Below, in pieces: positions 8,939-17,672 of a stretch of DNA of 28,179 nt. The notes under the pieces are model-generated. The model was not told the origin of the DNA, searched no databases, and worked only from the letters and a program-made list of their open reading frames with translations. The stretch comes from Nitrososphaerota archaeon (GTDB lineage Archaea > Thermoproteota > Nitrososphaeria > Nitrososphaerales > Gagatemarchaeaceae). Where the stretch lies: positions 1-28,179 of the forward strand of contig VBPP01000135.1 of assembly GCA_005877365.1 (NCBI GenBank). The letters are read 5' to 3'. Position numbers and translations under genes: made by a program. How positions within the stretch are numbered: the first letter of the stretch is position 1; each line of letters opens with the position of its first letter.

Positions 8939-10269
8939 TTTCCCCTTCCCGCACTCTTCAGCAGAGTCCCACCACTTCCGACCATCGGAACCTTCGCCAT
9001 CATCGACGCCTCGACGTTGAGCGCCGAGAGATCGTCTACCGTCAGGTCGTGGACATTCCGTTTACCAAGTGCACAGGTGATCAGCTTCATCTCGAGTGTC
9101 ATCGAACTCAGCAGGTTCGCGACTCTGACGGCCGCTTCATCGATAGCCAATCGCTTCTCGAGGAGCGGGTCCTGGGTGGTTATCCCGACGGGGCACTTCC
9201 CCGTGTGGCACTTGGTGCAGTATCCTGCAGGTACCCCTACCTCTCGAACAAAATCGGTGATTCCAGGAAGCTCCCGGTTGCAGTTCAACGCGATGATTGC
9301 CGCCTGTCCTATCGCGACGGCGTCCGCGCCAAGTGCGATGGCCTTCGCCGCGTCTATACCGTTCCTTATTCCACCGGATGCTACAAGGTAGACCTTCTTG
9401 AGAAGACCTAGCTCTTCGAGTGCCTCTCTTGCGAGCACGATTCCCGGAAGCGTCGGTATGCCGGAATGGTCGAGGACCACCTCGCTCGATGCTCCCGTCC
9501 CAGCCTGCATGCCGTCTATCACGATCCCATCGGCGCCGGCTTTTGCGGCGAGCTTCACGTCGTCCTTCACCCTGCAGGCTGGAATCTTCACCTGCACCGG
9601 GACCCTCCAGTCTGTCACTTCCCTCAGCATCTCGATGAAGATCCCAAGGTCGTCTGGACCGAGCCAGTCCGGATGCCGGGTGGGAGACCTCTGATCTATC
9701 CCTGGCGGCAGCTCCCTCTTCTTTGCGATGATCGCGCTCACCTTCTGACCCATCAGTAGGCCGCCCGTGGCTGGCTTGGCACCTTGGCCTACGACAACCT
9801 CGACAGCGTCACCGCTGATCATGTCCTGTGGTGTGACGCCGTACCTGCTCGCGTTCACCTGATAGATCATCGTCGTCGAGTACTTTCGCTCCTCGGTCAG
9901 CATCCCGCCATCGCCCGTGCAGGTGGCAGTCCCGACCTTGGCAGCTCCCTTGGCGAGAGCAGTCTTCGCGCTCCTTGAGAGTGCACCGTAGCTCATTCCG
10001 GTGATGTAGACGGGAGTGGAGATACTTATCGCGTTCCTTGCGTAGCGGGTCCCCAGAACTGTCTCTGTGCTGACGTCAGCCGGCCGTAACTCAACCCCCC
10101 TCCCAGATATGTACCTCGGAATGAAGATAATGTCGTCGAAATGGGCTATCCGCTGGAACGTGCTAAAACCCCTTATTCTGTAGCGCCCGAGGTCTGCCTT
10201 CACCTGGAGGTCCTGGAAGACTTCATTGGTCCAGCCCTCGCGCCGAGAGACTTCATCGGACACAATCAT
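8935..10269 (-). CDS. mgsC: N-methylglutamate synthase subunit C (FMN-binding glutamate synthase domain, Fe-S cysteines)
   Basis: GMSYGALS, TGDGGM, EVVVGQGAKP..GG.LMGQK (MgsC-type rather than GltB EIK), RSPTRHPDW, CTKCHTGKCPVGITTQDP. Confidence 0.88.
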   Translation of the reverse strand: MIVSDEVSRREGWTNEVFQDLQVKADLGRYRIRGFSTFQRIAHFDDIIFIPRYISGRGVELRPADVSTETVLGTRYARNAISISTPVYITGMSYGALSRSAKTALAKGAAKVGTATCTGDGGMLTEERKYSTTMIYQVNASRYGVTPQDMISGDAVEVVVGQGAKPATGGLLMGQKVSAIIAKKRELPPGIDQRSPTRHPDWLGPDDLGIFIEMLREVTDWRVPVQVKIPACRVKDDVKLAAKAGADGIVIDGMQAGTGASSEVVLDHSGIPTLPGIVLAREALEELGLLKKVYLVASGGIRNGIDAAKAIALGADAVAIGQAAIIALNCNRELPGITDFVREVGVPAGYCTKCHTGKCPVGITTQDPLLEKRLAIDEAAVRVANLLSSMTLEMKLITCALGKRNVHDLTVDDLSALNVEASMMAKVPMVGSGGTLLKSAGRGK

Positions 10270-10306
10270 TCGGTTGTTATCACTTCAGCGCTGGCGGCTC
10301 CAGTGA

Positions 10307-10319
10307 ATTATACTTTCTT
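10307..10319 (-). promoter_or_regulatory. Candidate internal BRE-TATA promoter for mgsC
   Basis: AAGAAAG-TATAAT on the minus strand in a 65-bp gap, ~38 nt above the mgsC ATG. Confidence 0.45.
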
Positions 10320-10334
10320 GGAGCGTTAGAGCGG

Positions 10335-11090
10335 CTAGATGACCAGTCTTTCTCTCTCCAATGGTTCGAGAGAGTCGTACTGGTAGAGCCTCTTGGCCGA
10401 GACTATCTTCCTGAATCTCCTTGGAAGAATGTCGTCCCGGAATTTAAGGGCCTTCAGAAAAGCCCTCAATTCTACCTCCTCACTTCGGGTCGCGGACTCG
10501 GTCTTCGCATCTACGCCGAGTGAGCCGATCTCCCCGCCGACGTACACGATTCCCTCGTACATCGAGTCACCTGCAGCGTCTCCCACACCCCCCATGACGA
10601 TTATCCTGCCTCTCTGCATCATGAATCCAGTCAGGAATCCGCTGTTGCCGGCGATCACCAGAGTCCCTCCCTTCATCGATATGCCGGCCCTCGCACCCGC
10701 GTTCCCCCAGACGAGAATCTGACCGCCCCTCATCGATGCGCCCACGGAGGCGCCAGCATCTTCCCTGATGACTATGCTCCCTGACATCAGATTGTCTCCC
10801 AAGCCCCAACCGGAGTTGCCCTCGATTGTGGCGCTGATACCGTCACAGAAGGCGCAGCAGTAGTATCCCACGCTCCCGGCGAAGGATAAGCTGCATCTCT
10901 TGACTATCCCGACCGCGAGATTATGCCTCGCGTCGGGGTTGAGGATTGTGATGTACCTTCCCTTCGAGACTCCCGACTTTATTGAAGCGTTCAGCAGTCT
11001 CGTCGTAAGCTTGCGTGCGTCGATAGAGTACCCCTGTGAGACTGGGGCGGAGAGAGCTTTGGGCACGTTACCTGCCAGCCTCTCGGTCAA
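10335..11090 (-). CDS. mgsB: N-methylglutamate synthase subunit B (GXGXG / GltB C-terminal-like)
   Basis: NPDARHNLAVG, repeated GXGXG units (GNSGWGLGDNLMSG, GNAGARAGISMKGG, GFLTGFMMQRG, GDSMYEG). Confidence 0.9.
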   Translation of the reverse strand: MTERLAGNVPKALSAPVSQGYSIDARKLTTRLLNASIKSGVSKGRYITILNPDARHNLAVGIVKRCSLSFAGSVGYYCCAFCDGISATIEGNSGWGLGDNLMSGSIVIREDAGASVGASMRGGQILVWGNAGARAGISMKGGTLVIAGNSGFLTGFMMQRGRIIVMGGVGDAAGDSMYEGIVYVGGEIGSLGVDAKTESATRSEEVELRAFLKALKFRDDILPRRFRKIVSAKRLYQYDSLEPLERERLVI

Positions 11091-11103
11091 GATCGGTGCA
11101 TAG

Positions 11104-12051
11104 TTAATTGAGGCGGACTTTTATCCGAGGTGCGAGAGAAACATTCCAGGTAAGGACCTCGTGCTCTTGCGGCTCGATCCTCCTCACGTCGTCAGGGAAG
11201 ATTCGCCGGAGCGCAACCTCTTCTGAGGCGACCCCGACCATTTCGTCGGTCTCCAGTATTACGAACGGCTTTGCGGACCAGCGGTCCTTCGCCATGCCAA
11301 TCCCCGAGTCGGTGGAGACCACGTACGTGAAGGTCCCGTCCAGGTCGTCCAAGCTCTCCTCGAGGGCGTCTCCGAGCTTCCGTCTCCTGCTTAGTTTGTC
11401 AGCGATGTACACAGCGATAACTTCAGAGTCGTTATGTGTCTGGAACCTAAAGCCTCGCTGCTGAAACTCTCTTTTCAGCTTGTGGTAGTTGGTCAATTGG
11501 CCATTGTGGACGACGGTAATGTCCGGAAAGGGATACGCCCAGAAAGGATGAGAGTGCGTGATATCGACCTGGCTCTCGGTCGCAAGTCTTACGTGTCCAA
11601 GCCCGTGTGTCCCGTTGACCTTTGAGAAATGATGCTTCTTATCCAGCTCGTAAGCATCTCCCACGTCCTTGATAACCTCTGAGGATCTACCTATACTGTG
11701 AATCTCTGCTCCCTTGACAGAGAGGATTGAGTCTGACAACTTTCCCAGGTCCCCTGAGTAGTTCAATCCAATCCTGCGAAACCTGCCAAAGTCGTCAATG
11801 AAGACGACGGATCCCCCGAGCGCTGCGACGGCGTTCCTCACGCCCTCAATTACATGCGAAGCTCCTTGGTCCTCTGAGACCACCACGCGGACGACATAGT
11901 CAGTCCCAAAGTGCTGGCCGGCAATGTTCACACCCGTCGAGTCAACGCCCCTGTGTCGCATGGAATAGAGCATCTCCCTTAGCTGAAGACCAACGGCTTG
12001 TGAACTGGTGCTTTCGCCCGTCTTATACAGGATCGCGGCTATTCCGCACAT
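11104..12051 (-). CDS. mgsA: N-methylglutamate synthase subunit A (class II glutamine amidotransferase, Ntn)
   Basis: Start reassigned to ATG 12051 so that Cys2 is the Ntn nucleophile: MCGIAAIL, RHRGVDSTG, GHVRLATES, HSHPF, VHNGQLTNY, NDSEV, LDGTFT, KDRWSAKP. Confidence 0.9.
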   Translation of the reverse strand: MCGIAAILYKTGESTSSQAVGLQLREMLYSMRHRGVDSTGVNIAGQHFGTDYVVRVVVSEDQGASHVIEGVRNAVAALGGSVVFIDDFGRFRRIGLNYSGDLGKLSDSILSVKGAEIHSIGRSSEVIKDVGDAYELDKKHHFSKVNGTHGLGHVRLATESQVDITHSHPFWAYPFPDITVVHNGQLTNYHKLKREFQQRGFRFQTHNDSEVIAVYIADKLSRRRKLGDALEESLDDLDGTFTYVVSTDSGIGMAKDRWSAKPFVILETDEMVGVASEEVALRRIFPDDVRRIEPQEHEVLTWNVSLAPRIKVRLN

Positions 12052-12075
12052 TACTTCTTCCCATGGGCGATGGTG

Positions 12076-12090
12076 GAAATAAGCTTTAGC
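12076..12090 (-). promoter_or_regulatory. Candidate BRE-TATA promoter for a near-leaderless mgsA transcript
   Basis: GCTAAAGC-TTATTT on the minus strand, TATA ~26-31 nt above the ATG, just outside the IS end. Confidence 0.4.
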
Positions 12091-12109
12091 CGTCATTGTT
12101 CTGATACCG

Positions 12110-12749
12110 ACAAGATGAGCTGAATGGAGTCTCTCCATTCAGCGTCTCATGAGGCCTCATGCGATTTGTACCAGAATGCGAACAGATGGACGAACCTTTC
12201 GACCCTCTTGATTGCCTTGATCCCCTCCCTGACGCCGAAGTTGTGGTGGAATCGCTTGGTCCCCTCCTTGAAGGTCCGATACCACCGTTCGATGTAGTTC
12301 CTGATGCTGAACGTCAGGGGCACCCGGTCCACGTCCAGCCACTCGAAGGCGCATGCTTACCATGGGGCGTGGTCGACTATGAACAGCGGATTCCTCCTGC
12401 ACGACTCCAGGGCCATCTTCGTGGTGTCTATGGTTGACGATGCTCACCGACCTGTAGGATTTGGCGGATACGATCTCCCTCCTCGTAAGGTGCGCGGAGA
12501 CGCAAGCAATCTTGCCGTTCCTCTTCACCTTAGTCTCGTCGAAGAGAATTACCGACATCTCCTTCCTCCTGGAGAGTGGTCGTGAGGAGAAGTACGACTC
12601 GAACTTGAGGATCCACTGTGGCCGCTTCAGCCTTGCTTCGACTGGAAACCTTGTGCCTCTGGAAATATCCTTCTGTGCTTCGTGGCTAGGAGGAACTCAT
12701 CCTTCGTCTTTTCATCACCCAATGAATGCGGAGGATGCCTCCTCGCCAT
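12110..12749 (-). pseudogene. IS6-family DDE transposase pseudogene
   Basis: Fragments across frames: QWILKF, LFDETKVK, LFIVDHAPW*, RNYIERWYRTFK..TKRF, MRPHETLNGETP. In-frame TAA at 12357-12359 plus several frameshifts. Confidence 0.88.
12119..12143. repeat. Perfect 11-bp inverted repeat with a 3-nt loop
   Basis: gctgaatggag-tct-ctccattcagc, read directly; adjacent perfect 14-bp palindrome catgaggcctcatg at 12148-12161. Confidence 0.9.
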
Positions 12750-12802
12750 ATCTGTTCCGTTATCTTGACGGTATCACTGATATGAATCTGCTCGACCTAG
12801 CA

Positions 12803-13723
12803 TCACTTTCGGATCCTCGGCGCCGGCGAACCGAGAACGGTAATGCGCGCCATGTTCCACATCGACTCTAGGCAGTTTCTCACGACCCTGGACGAAGGAC
12901 CGAGAACCCGTGCCACCAGCCCTAGAGTCATAGCCGTTGGGCTAACGCCGAGAAGCGTGTCCTCCTTGTGAGAGGCCGTCTGGATCATGTCGACAAGTTG
13001 CTGATTAACGCGTTCACTTATTACGTAGAAGTTGCCGAGGACATCATAGCCTCCCATCAATCCTTTTCGAGTCAGAATTGATTTCTTTGGCTCCAAGACC
13101 AGCGTGTCCGACAACAATGGGTTCCCAGCCTCGTCCTCGACCTTGAGCTTCGAGTAGAAGATGTCGAACTCAAAGTGCTCACGCCCCTTCCTGCCGGGGG
13201 TCAGTACCTCCCAGTAAATGAACGAAGAATCTCGGCCCATCACCACGTTTACCTCTTGGTAGTATCGGGAATTCCTGTACGGGATCGTTTGGTCTGGAAG
13301 GTATTCGAGGTACGAGCCTTCTCTAAGACTCACGTTGACGACTTGGGTAGCAAAGTCAGAGTTCATCCTGTAGATCTTCGTGGCCGCCTGTGTGGTCAGG
13401 TGCGCCCTCGCTGCGGTTCCCATGTCGATGTCAATGCGGATGCGGTCTCCCTGGAGCGTTCCCCCCGTTGGGTTGAGGATGTAGACGATGGCTAGATCTG
13501 GCTCATTCTGGTCATAGTAAAACGGCCTCAACACCTGCACTGGAATCTGCTTCCACACATCCTTGATGATGGTCTTTCCTGACTCGTCTTTTGCCAGCGC
13601 GAGTCTGAGACCGCCGAGCTTGCCTGGACTGCCCACGGATAGCTGTCTTACTCTTCCACCATAGGTCTGGACCTCTGGAGGTATTGCCGCCGGCTGGTAG
13701 TAAGCAAGATCCAACTGGCTCAC
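12803..13723 (-). CDS. ureD: Urease accessory protein UreD
   Basis: VYILNPTGGTLQGDR, HLTTQAATKIYRM, LEYLPDQTIPYRNSRY, EVLTPGR. GTGA overlap with ureG. Confidence 0.93.
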   Translation of the reverse strand: MSQLDLAYYQPAAIPPEVQTYGGRVRQLSVGSPGKLGGLRLALAKDESGKTIIKDVWKQIPVQVLRPFYYDQNEPDLAIVYILNPTGGTLQGDRIRIDIDMGTAARAHLTTQAATKIYRMNSDFATQVVNVSLREGSYLEYLPDQTIPYRNSRYYQEVNVVMGRDSSFIYWEVLTPGRKGREHFEFDIFYSKLKVEDEAGNPLLSDTLVLEPKKSILTRKGLMGGYDVLGNFYVISERVNQQLVDMIQTASHKEDTLLGVSPTAMTLGLVARVLGPSSRVVRNCLESMWNMARITVLGSPAPRIRK

Positions 13724-14346
13724 ATGAGCAGAACATTCTTCATTATCAGGTCCTCGAGCTGGTCGAGCCCCTCCCCGGTCTTACAGTTCGTGAAGACGAA
13801 GGGTTTTCCCTTGCGTATCGCACGGGCATCTCTCTCCATCACTGCAAGGTCCGCTCCGACGTATGGAGCCAAGTCCTTCTTGTTGATCACGAGGAAGTCC
13901 GACTGTATTATTCCCAACCCGTTCTTTCGAGGATACTTCTCTCCTCCCGCGGTATCAATGACGTAGATGAAGAAGTCCGCAACCGCCGGGCTGAAGGTGA
14001 TGGTGATGTTATCGCCGCCCCCCTCGATCATCACAAGATCAAGTTCGGGGTGCCTCGTCTCGATCTGCTGCAGCGCGTCGATGTTGATGGAAGGGTCCTC
14101 TCTGACGGCTGTGTGTGGACAGCCGCCCGTCTCAATCCCGACGACGAGGTCGTCCGGGAGGAGCTTGAGCTCATGGCACAGCTTGTCGTGCAGCCGTATC
14201 GCGTCCTCCTTGGTAACCACGTCGTTGCTGATTATTGCCAACTTGATCCCTCTCCTGCTCAGGTCCACGGTCAGCTTCTCGATCAGCGTGGTCTTTCCAG
14301 AGCCGACCGGTCCACCGACGCCGAGGCGGATTATCTTCTTTGCCAA
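13720..14346 (-). CDS. ureG: Urease accessory GTPase UreG
   Basis: GVGGPVGSGKT, ETGGCPHTAVREDPS, EGGGDN, NKKDLAPYVGA. Confidence 0.97.
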   Translation of the reverse strand: MAKKIIRLGVGGPVGSGKTTLIEKLTVDLSRRGIKLAIISNDVVTKEDAIRLHDKLCHELKLLPDDLVVGIETGGCPHTAVREDPSINIDALQQIETRHPELDLVMIEGGGDNITITFSPAVADFFIYVIDTAGGEKYPRKNGLGIIQSDFLVINKKDLAPYVGADLAVMERDARAIRKGKPFVFTNCKTGEGLDQLEDLIMKNVLLM

Positions 14347-14355
14347 GCCTTGTGC

Positions 14356-15051
14356 CTAGCAGTAGAACATCCTTGATTGGAGATAAACGTGTTGCATCCC
14401 CATCACGTCAAGCATGGGAGAGAAAGCATGCATGCTCCTCCAGGCGATGGCGGAGCTCCTTCTTGCACAGTTCATCAACTCATCTTTCGTCGAATGCAAG
14501 ATCTGCTGTGCCTGTACATGAGTCACGCTTCCGAGACGGACTGATGCCCCGACTAGGCTTACGGCAGAAGTGTACAACAGCAGGATGACTGCGCGTTCCT
14601 CGCCGATGCCTAGAGTACTGCAAGCAATTGCCAGACAGACGGCATAGTTGCCAGGCGCCTTCCCGGACTCGACCAAATTCCAGAATGAGGAAAGAATCCC
14701 GGTCTTCTTCAAGGCCCTCACTGTACGAAGCAATGAGCGTCCGGTTCTCCTACTGGCCTCGCTGAACTCCGTCACATTCTTGAATGAGGCGAGCTTCCTG
14801 TCTATCGCCACCAGAAGCCGGAGATCGTTCTCTCCCGCAGCAGAGAAGCTGCCTCTGAGTGCAACGCAATCCAGGGTCGAGAGTTGTTCCAAGAAGACTG
14901 AGAGGATGGATGATACGTCATCAGGACCCTTCACTAGCCCGAGTTGCGAGAGCGTCTCAATTCCGAATGACAGAGAGTAGCTTCCGAGCGGAAAGAAAGA
15001 GTCTGAGAACTGCAGAGTGGAGACGAGATCGTCATCAGTGTGTGTGCTCAT
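14356..15051 (-). CDS. ureF: Urease accessory protein UreF
   Basis: LQFSDSFFPLGSYSLSFGIE, SRRTGRSLL, VRLG...QAQQIL, C-terminal H...SRMF. Start reassigned to ATG 15051, overlapping the ureE end. Confidence 0.93.
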   Translation of the reverse strand: MSTHTDDDLVSTLQFSDSFFPLGSYSLSFGIETLSQLGLVKGPDDVSSILSVFLEQLSTLDCVALRGSFSAAGENDLRLLVAIDRKLASFKNVTEFSEASRRTGRSLLRTVRALKKTGILSSFWNLVESGKAPGNYAVCLAIACSTLGIGEERAVILLLYTSAVSLVGASVRLGSVTHVQAQQILHSTKDELMNCARRSSAIAWRSMHAFSPMLDVMGMQHVYLQSRMFYC

Positions 15052-15559
15052 ATCCGAGTATCTCGGGCTCAACATCGAGAATCCTCTTTTCAACCTTCAA
15101 GGATACCCCACCGAAGCTAGAAAGCACCTTCGAGAGGTCTTCCTTAGACCCTTCAATCGGGATCACAATCTCATTTCCCTTGGGGAAGAGCGGGAAGTGC
15201 TTGATACCAAGCATGTAACCAATCCTCGCCGCGGTCTCGACCCCCTCCCTCCAATCCTCATGAGGGGAAAGGGTGACGACCATCGTCTCTTCTGGCAGCC
15301 ACTCCACCGTAAGAATCTCGTCCTCGCCCAGATGGAGTACATCGCCGTGCTTTAGGGTTGTACCTCTCGGCACGTCTATCAGCACGTCGGTCCCTCGTTG
15401 ACTGGTAACGCGCAGCCTGTTCTTCGCTGCGTCCCTCCGCGGCAGTCGGATTCGGTCCGCCCTGTCCTTGGACAAGAGGTCGTGAAACCGGCGACCCAAT
15501 CTTTCGTCACTGTACACGTTCCCCATCACGGCCTCGACCCTCAGGCTCAAGGCCACCAT
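15035..15559 (-). CDS. ureE: Urease accessory protein UreE
   Basis: KNRLRVTSQRGTDVLIDVPRGTTLKHGDVL, RIGYMLGIKH, short EHTH tail; lies between ureC and ureF. Confidence 0.88.
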   Translation of the reverse strand: MVALSLRVEAVMGNVYSDERLGRRFHDLLSKDRADRIRLPRRDAAKNRLRVTSQRGTDVLIDVPRGTTLKHGDVLHLGEDEILTVEWLPEETMVVTLSPHEDWREGVETAARIGYMLGIKHFPLFPKGNEIVIPIEGSKEDLSKVLSSFGGVSLKVEKRILDVEPEILGYEHTH

Positions 15560-15562
15560 CGC

Positions 15563-17272
15563 TCAACGGAGCGTGTAGAGCTGTGACAGAGGTAGGATCT
15601 TGGCCGGCTTTGAAGTGGCAAGTTTTCCATCGACCGTCACCTCATATGTCTCAGGATCCACCTCGATCTTGGGCAAGGCTTCGTTGTGCAGCATGTCCTT
15701 CTTCTTCAGTTTCCTAGTACCCTTCACAGGTAGAATCATCCTGCTCAGACCCAGTTTCTTTCGCAGCCTCTCCCGTACGGCGCTCGCCGCGACGAAGTTC
15801 GCGCAGAGGGCACCCACCGCCTTGCCAAATCCTCCGTACTGTGGCTTGTAAATGATCGGCTCGCACGTCATGAGGGAGGCGCTCGACTCCCCGGCCGCTG
15901 CCCACACGGGAAAACCACCCTTAACAATGACCTCCGGCTTGATTCCGAAGAACCCGGGCTTCCACAGGACTATGTCGGCCATCTTGCCTCGTTCGAGAGA
16001 ACCGACGTACTCGTCAATCCCGAAGGAGATTGCATTGTTTATTGTATACTTCGCGATGTATCGCTTCACGCGGAAGTTGTCATTCTGCTCCCCGTCTTCG
16101 GCCAGCTGGCCTCTCTCGAGCTTCATCTTGTGAGCCGTCTGCCATGTGCGCACTATGGTCTCTCCGATTCTTCCCATTCCCTGCGAGTCGGACCCAATCA
16201 TGCTTATCGCTCCCAGATCATGAAGGACATCCTCGGCGGCTATCGTCTCCGCCCGTATTCTTGACTCGGCAAAGGCCACGTCCTCCGGAATCTTAGGTTT
16301 CAAGTTGTGGCAGGTCATGATCATGTCAAGGTGCTCGTCGACGGTGTTGAAAGTGTAGGGTCTAGTGGGATTGGTGGATGATGGGAGGAAATTCGATTCC
16401 CCCGCTACCCTGATAATGTCAGGTGCGTGCCCCCCGCCAGCACCCTCCGTGTGGTAGGAGTGAATCGTCCTCCCCCCGACGGCTTCAATCGTGTCCTCGA
16501 CGAACCCTGACTCGTTGAGTGTATCCGTGTGGAGGCACACACAGACATCGTGCTCGTCGGCCACATCCAGACAAGGCCCGATTACTGCAGGCATTGCGCC
16601 CCAGTCCTCGTGTATCTTGAAACCTATGCACCCGCCCCTCAACTGCTCATCCAAGGATTCTGGCTTGCTGCTGCTGCCCTTTGCCAAGAAACCGAAGTTC
16701 ACGGGCATCGCCTCGGCGTGTTGAAGCATCCTGCCAACATTCCATTGGCCGCCTGAGCATATCCCGACGGTCACCGGGCCGAGGCCACCGCCTATCATTG
16801 TGGTTATCCCATTGCTGAGGGCCTCGTAGGCAAGTTGCGGGCTGTCGTGGTGGACATGAATGTCGATGCCCCCGGGAGTGGCGATTAGCCCCTCTGCGGA
16901 GATCACGTCGGTATTGGCACTGACGACAAGCTTCCTACCCACTCCATCCATCGTGTCCGGGTTGCCTGCCTTGCCCACACCTGCGATGAGACCGTTCTTG
17001 ATTCCTAGGTCAGCCTTGACTATACCAAGTACTGGGTCGATTATCAGCACATTGGTGATGACAAAATCGAGGGCGCCCATCTCCGAAGTAAAACCTGGGG
17101 CCAGGCCTAGACCATCCCTGAGAGTCTTCCCGCCGCCAAAGACGCATTCGTCTCCGTGTACGAGGAGGTCCTTCTCTACCTCGACCATCAGGGCAGTGTC
17201 GGCCAGCCTAACCTTGTCCCCTGTAGTGGGGCCGAAGAGCTCTGAATATTCCTTTCTAGGGATCTCTTTCAT
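15563..17272 (-). CDS. ureC: Urease alpha subunit (divergent substrate-pocket type)
   Basis: Start ATG 17272 ([27 protein letters not shown] overlap with ureB). Ni ligands intact: [36 protein letters not shown]. Confidence 0.97.
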   Translation of the reverse strand: MKEIPRKEYSELFGPTTGDKVRLADTALMVEVEKDLLVHGDECVFGGGKTLRDGLGLAPGFTSEMGALDFVITNVLIIDPVLGIVKADLGIKNGLIAGVGKAGNPDTMDGVGRKLVVSANTDVISAEGLIATPGGIDIHVHHDSPQLAYEALSNGITTMIGGGLGPVTVGICSGGQWNVGRMLQHAEAMPVNFGFLAKGSSSKPESLDEQLRGGCIGFKIHEDWGAMPAVIGPCLDVADEHDVCVCLHTDTLNESGFVEDTIEAVGGRTIHSYHTEGAGGGHAPDIIRVAGESNFLPSSTNPTRPYTFNTVDEHLDMIMTCHNLKPKIPEDVAFAESRIRAETIAAEDVLHDLGAISMIGSDSQGMGRIGETIVRTWQTAHKMKLERGQLAEDGEQNDNFRVKRYIAKYTINNAISFGIDEYVGSLERGKMADIVLWKPGFFGIKPEVIVKGGFPVWAAAGESSASLMTCEPIIYKPQYGGFGKAVGALCANFVAASAVRERLRKKLGLSRMILPVKGTRKLKKKDMLHNEALPKIEVDPETYEVTVDGKLATSKPAKILPLSQLYTLR

Positions 17273-17667
17273 CGTCCGGCATCCCTGTAGCCGTGCTTCC
17301 TCGCCAGCTTGAATGCCCTGCTGCGCACCGCCCTTGAGCGGATATCGCCCCGCGTCAGGTCGTTGAAACCCCAGAGCTTCTTCCTCCCCCCGAACTCCAC
17401 GAGCGAGACCTCCTTCTCGTCCCCAGGCTCGAACCTGACGCACGTCCCAGCCTGAATGTCCAGATGCATCCCGAAGGCCTTTTGCCTGTCGAATTCGAGC
17501 GCCTTGTTCACCTCGAAGAAGTGGAAGTGGGACCCTACCTGAACGGGACGGTCACCAGTGTTCTTGACAACGAGCCTCTCAGACCTGCGTCCGCGGTTCG
17601 TCACAACTGGCTCGTTTCCGTAGATGACCTCACCAGGAAGAAATACTTGAGATTCGCCAACTGACAT
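17269..17667 (-). CDS. ureB: Urease beta subunit
   Basis: [38 protein letters not shown]. Start reassigned to ATG 17667. Confidence 0.96.
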   Translation of the reverse strand: MSVGESQVFLPGEVIYGNEPVVTNRGRRSERLVVKNTGDRPVQVGSHFHFFEVNKALEFDRQKAFGMHLDIQAGTCVRFEPGDEKEVSLVEFGGRKKLWGFNDLTRGDIRSRAVRSRAFKLARKHGYRDAGR

Positions 17668-17672
17668 CTCTT

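Larger units (their letters stand above)
12103..12775 (-). mobile_element. Decayed IS6-family insertion sequence, 673 bp
   Basis: 14-bp terminal inverted repeats GATACCG(A/T)CAAGAT at 12103-12116 and 12762-12775 (one mismatch) enclose a DDE transposase relic. No target duplication is visible. Confidence 0.88.

Noticed and set aside
7856-12051. Ordinary archaeal split glutamate synthase plus glutamine synthetase
   Set aside because: EVVVGQGAKP, GlnT-type GS motifs and the linked sox-like genes fit the NMG pathway better. Not formally excluded without phylogeny.
13720-15559. UreE and UreG lack His-rich tails
   Set aside because: Common in many urease operons and not informative.
17273-17443. 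N-terminal extensions given by the ORF track for ureC (also ureB, ureF, mgsA, solA)
   Set aside because: They overlap upstream genes. Family-typical starts with ATGA overlaps or a Cys2 nucleophile lie downstream.
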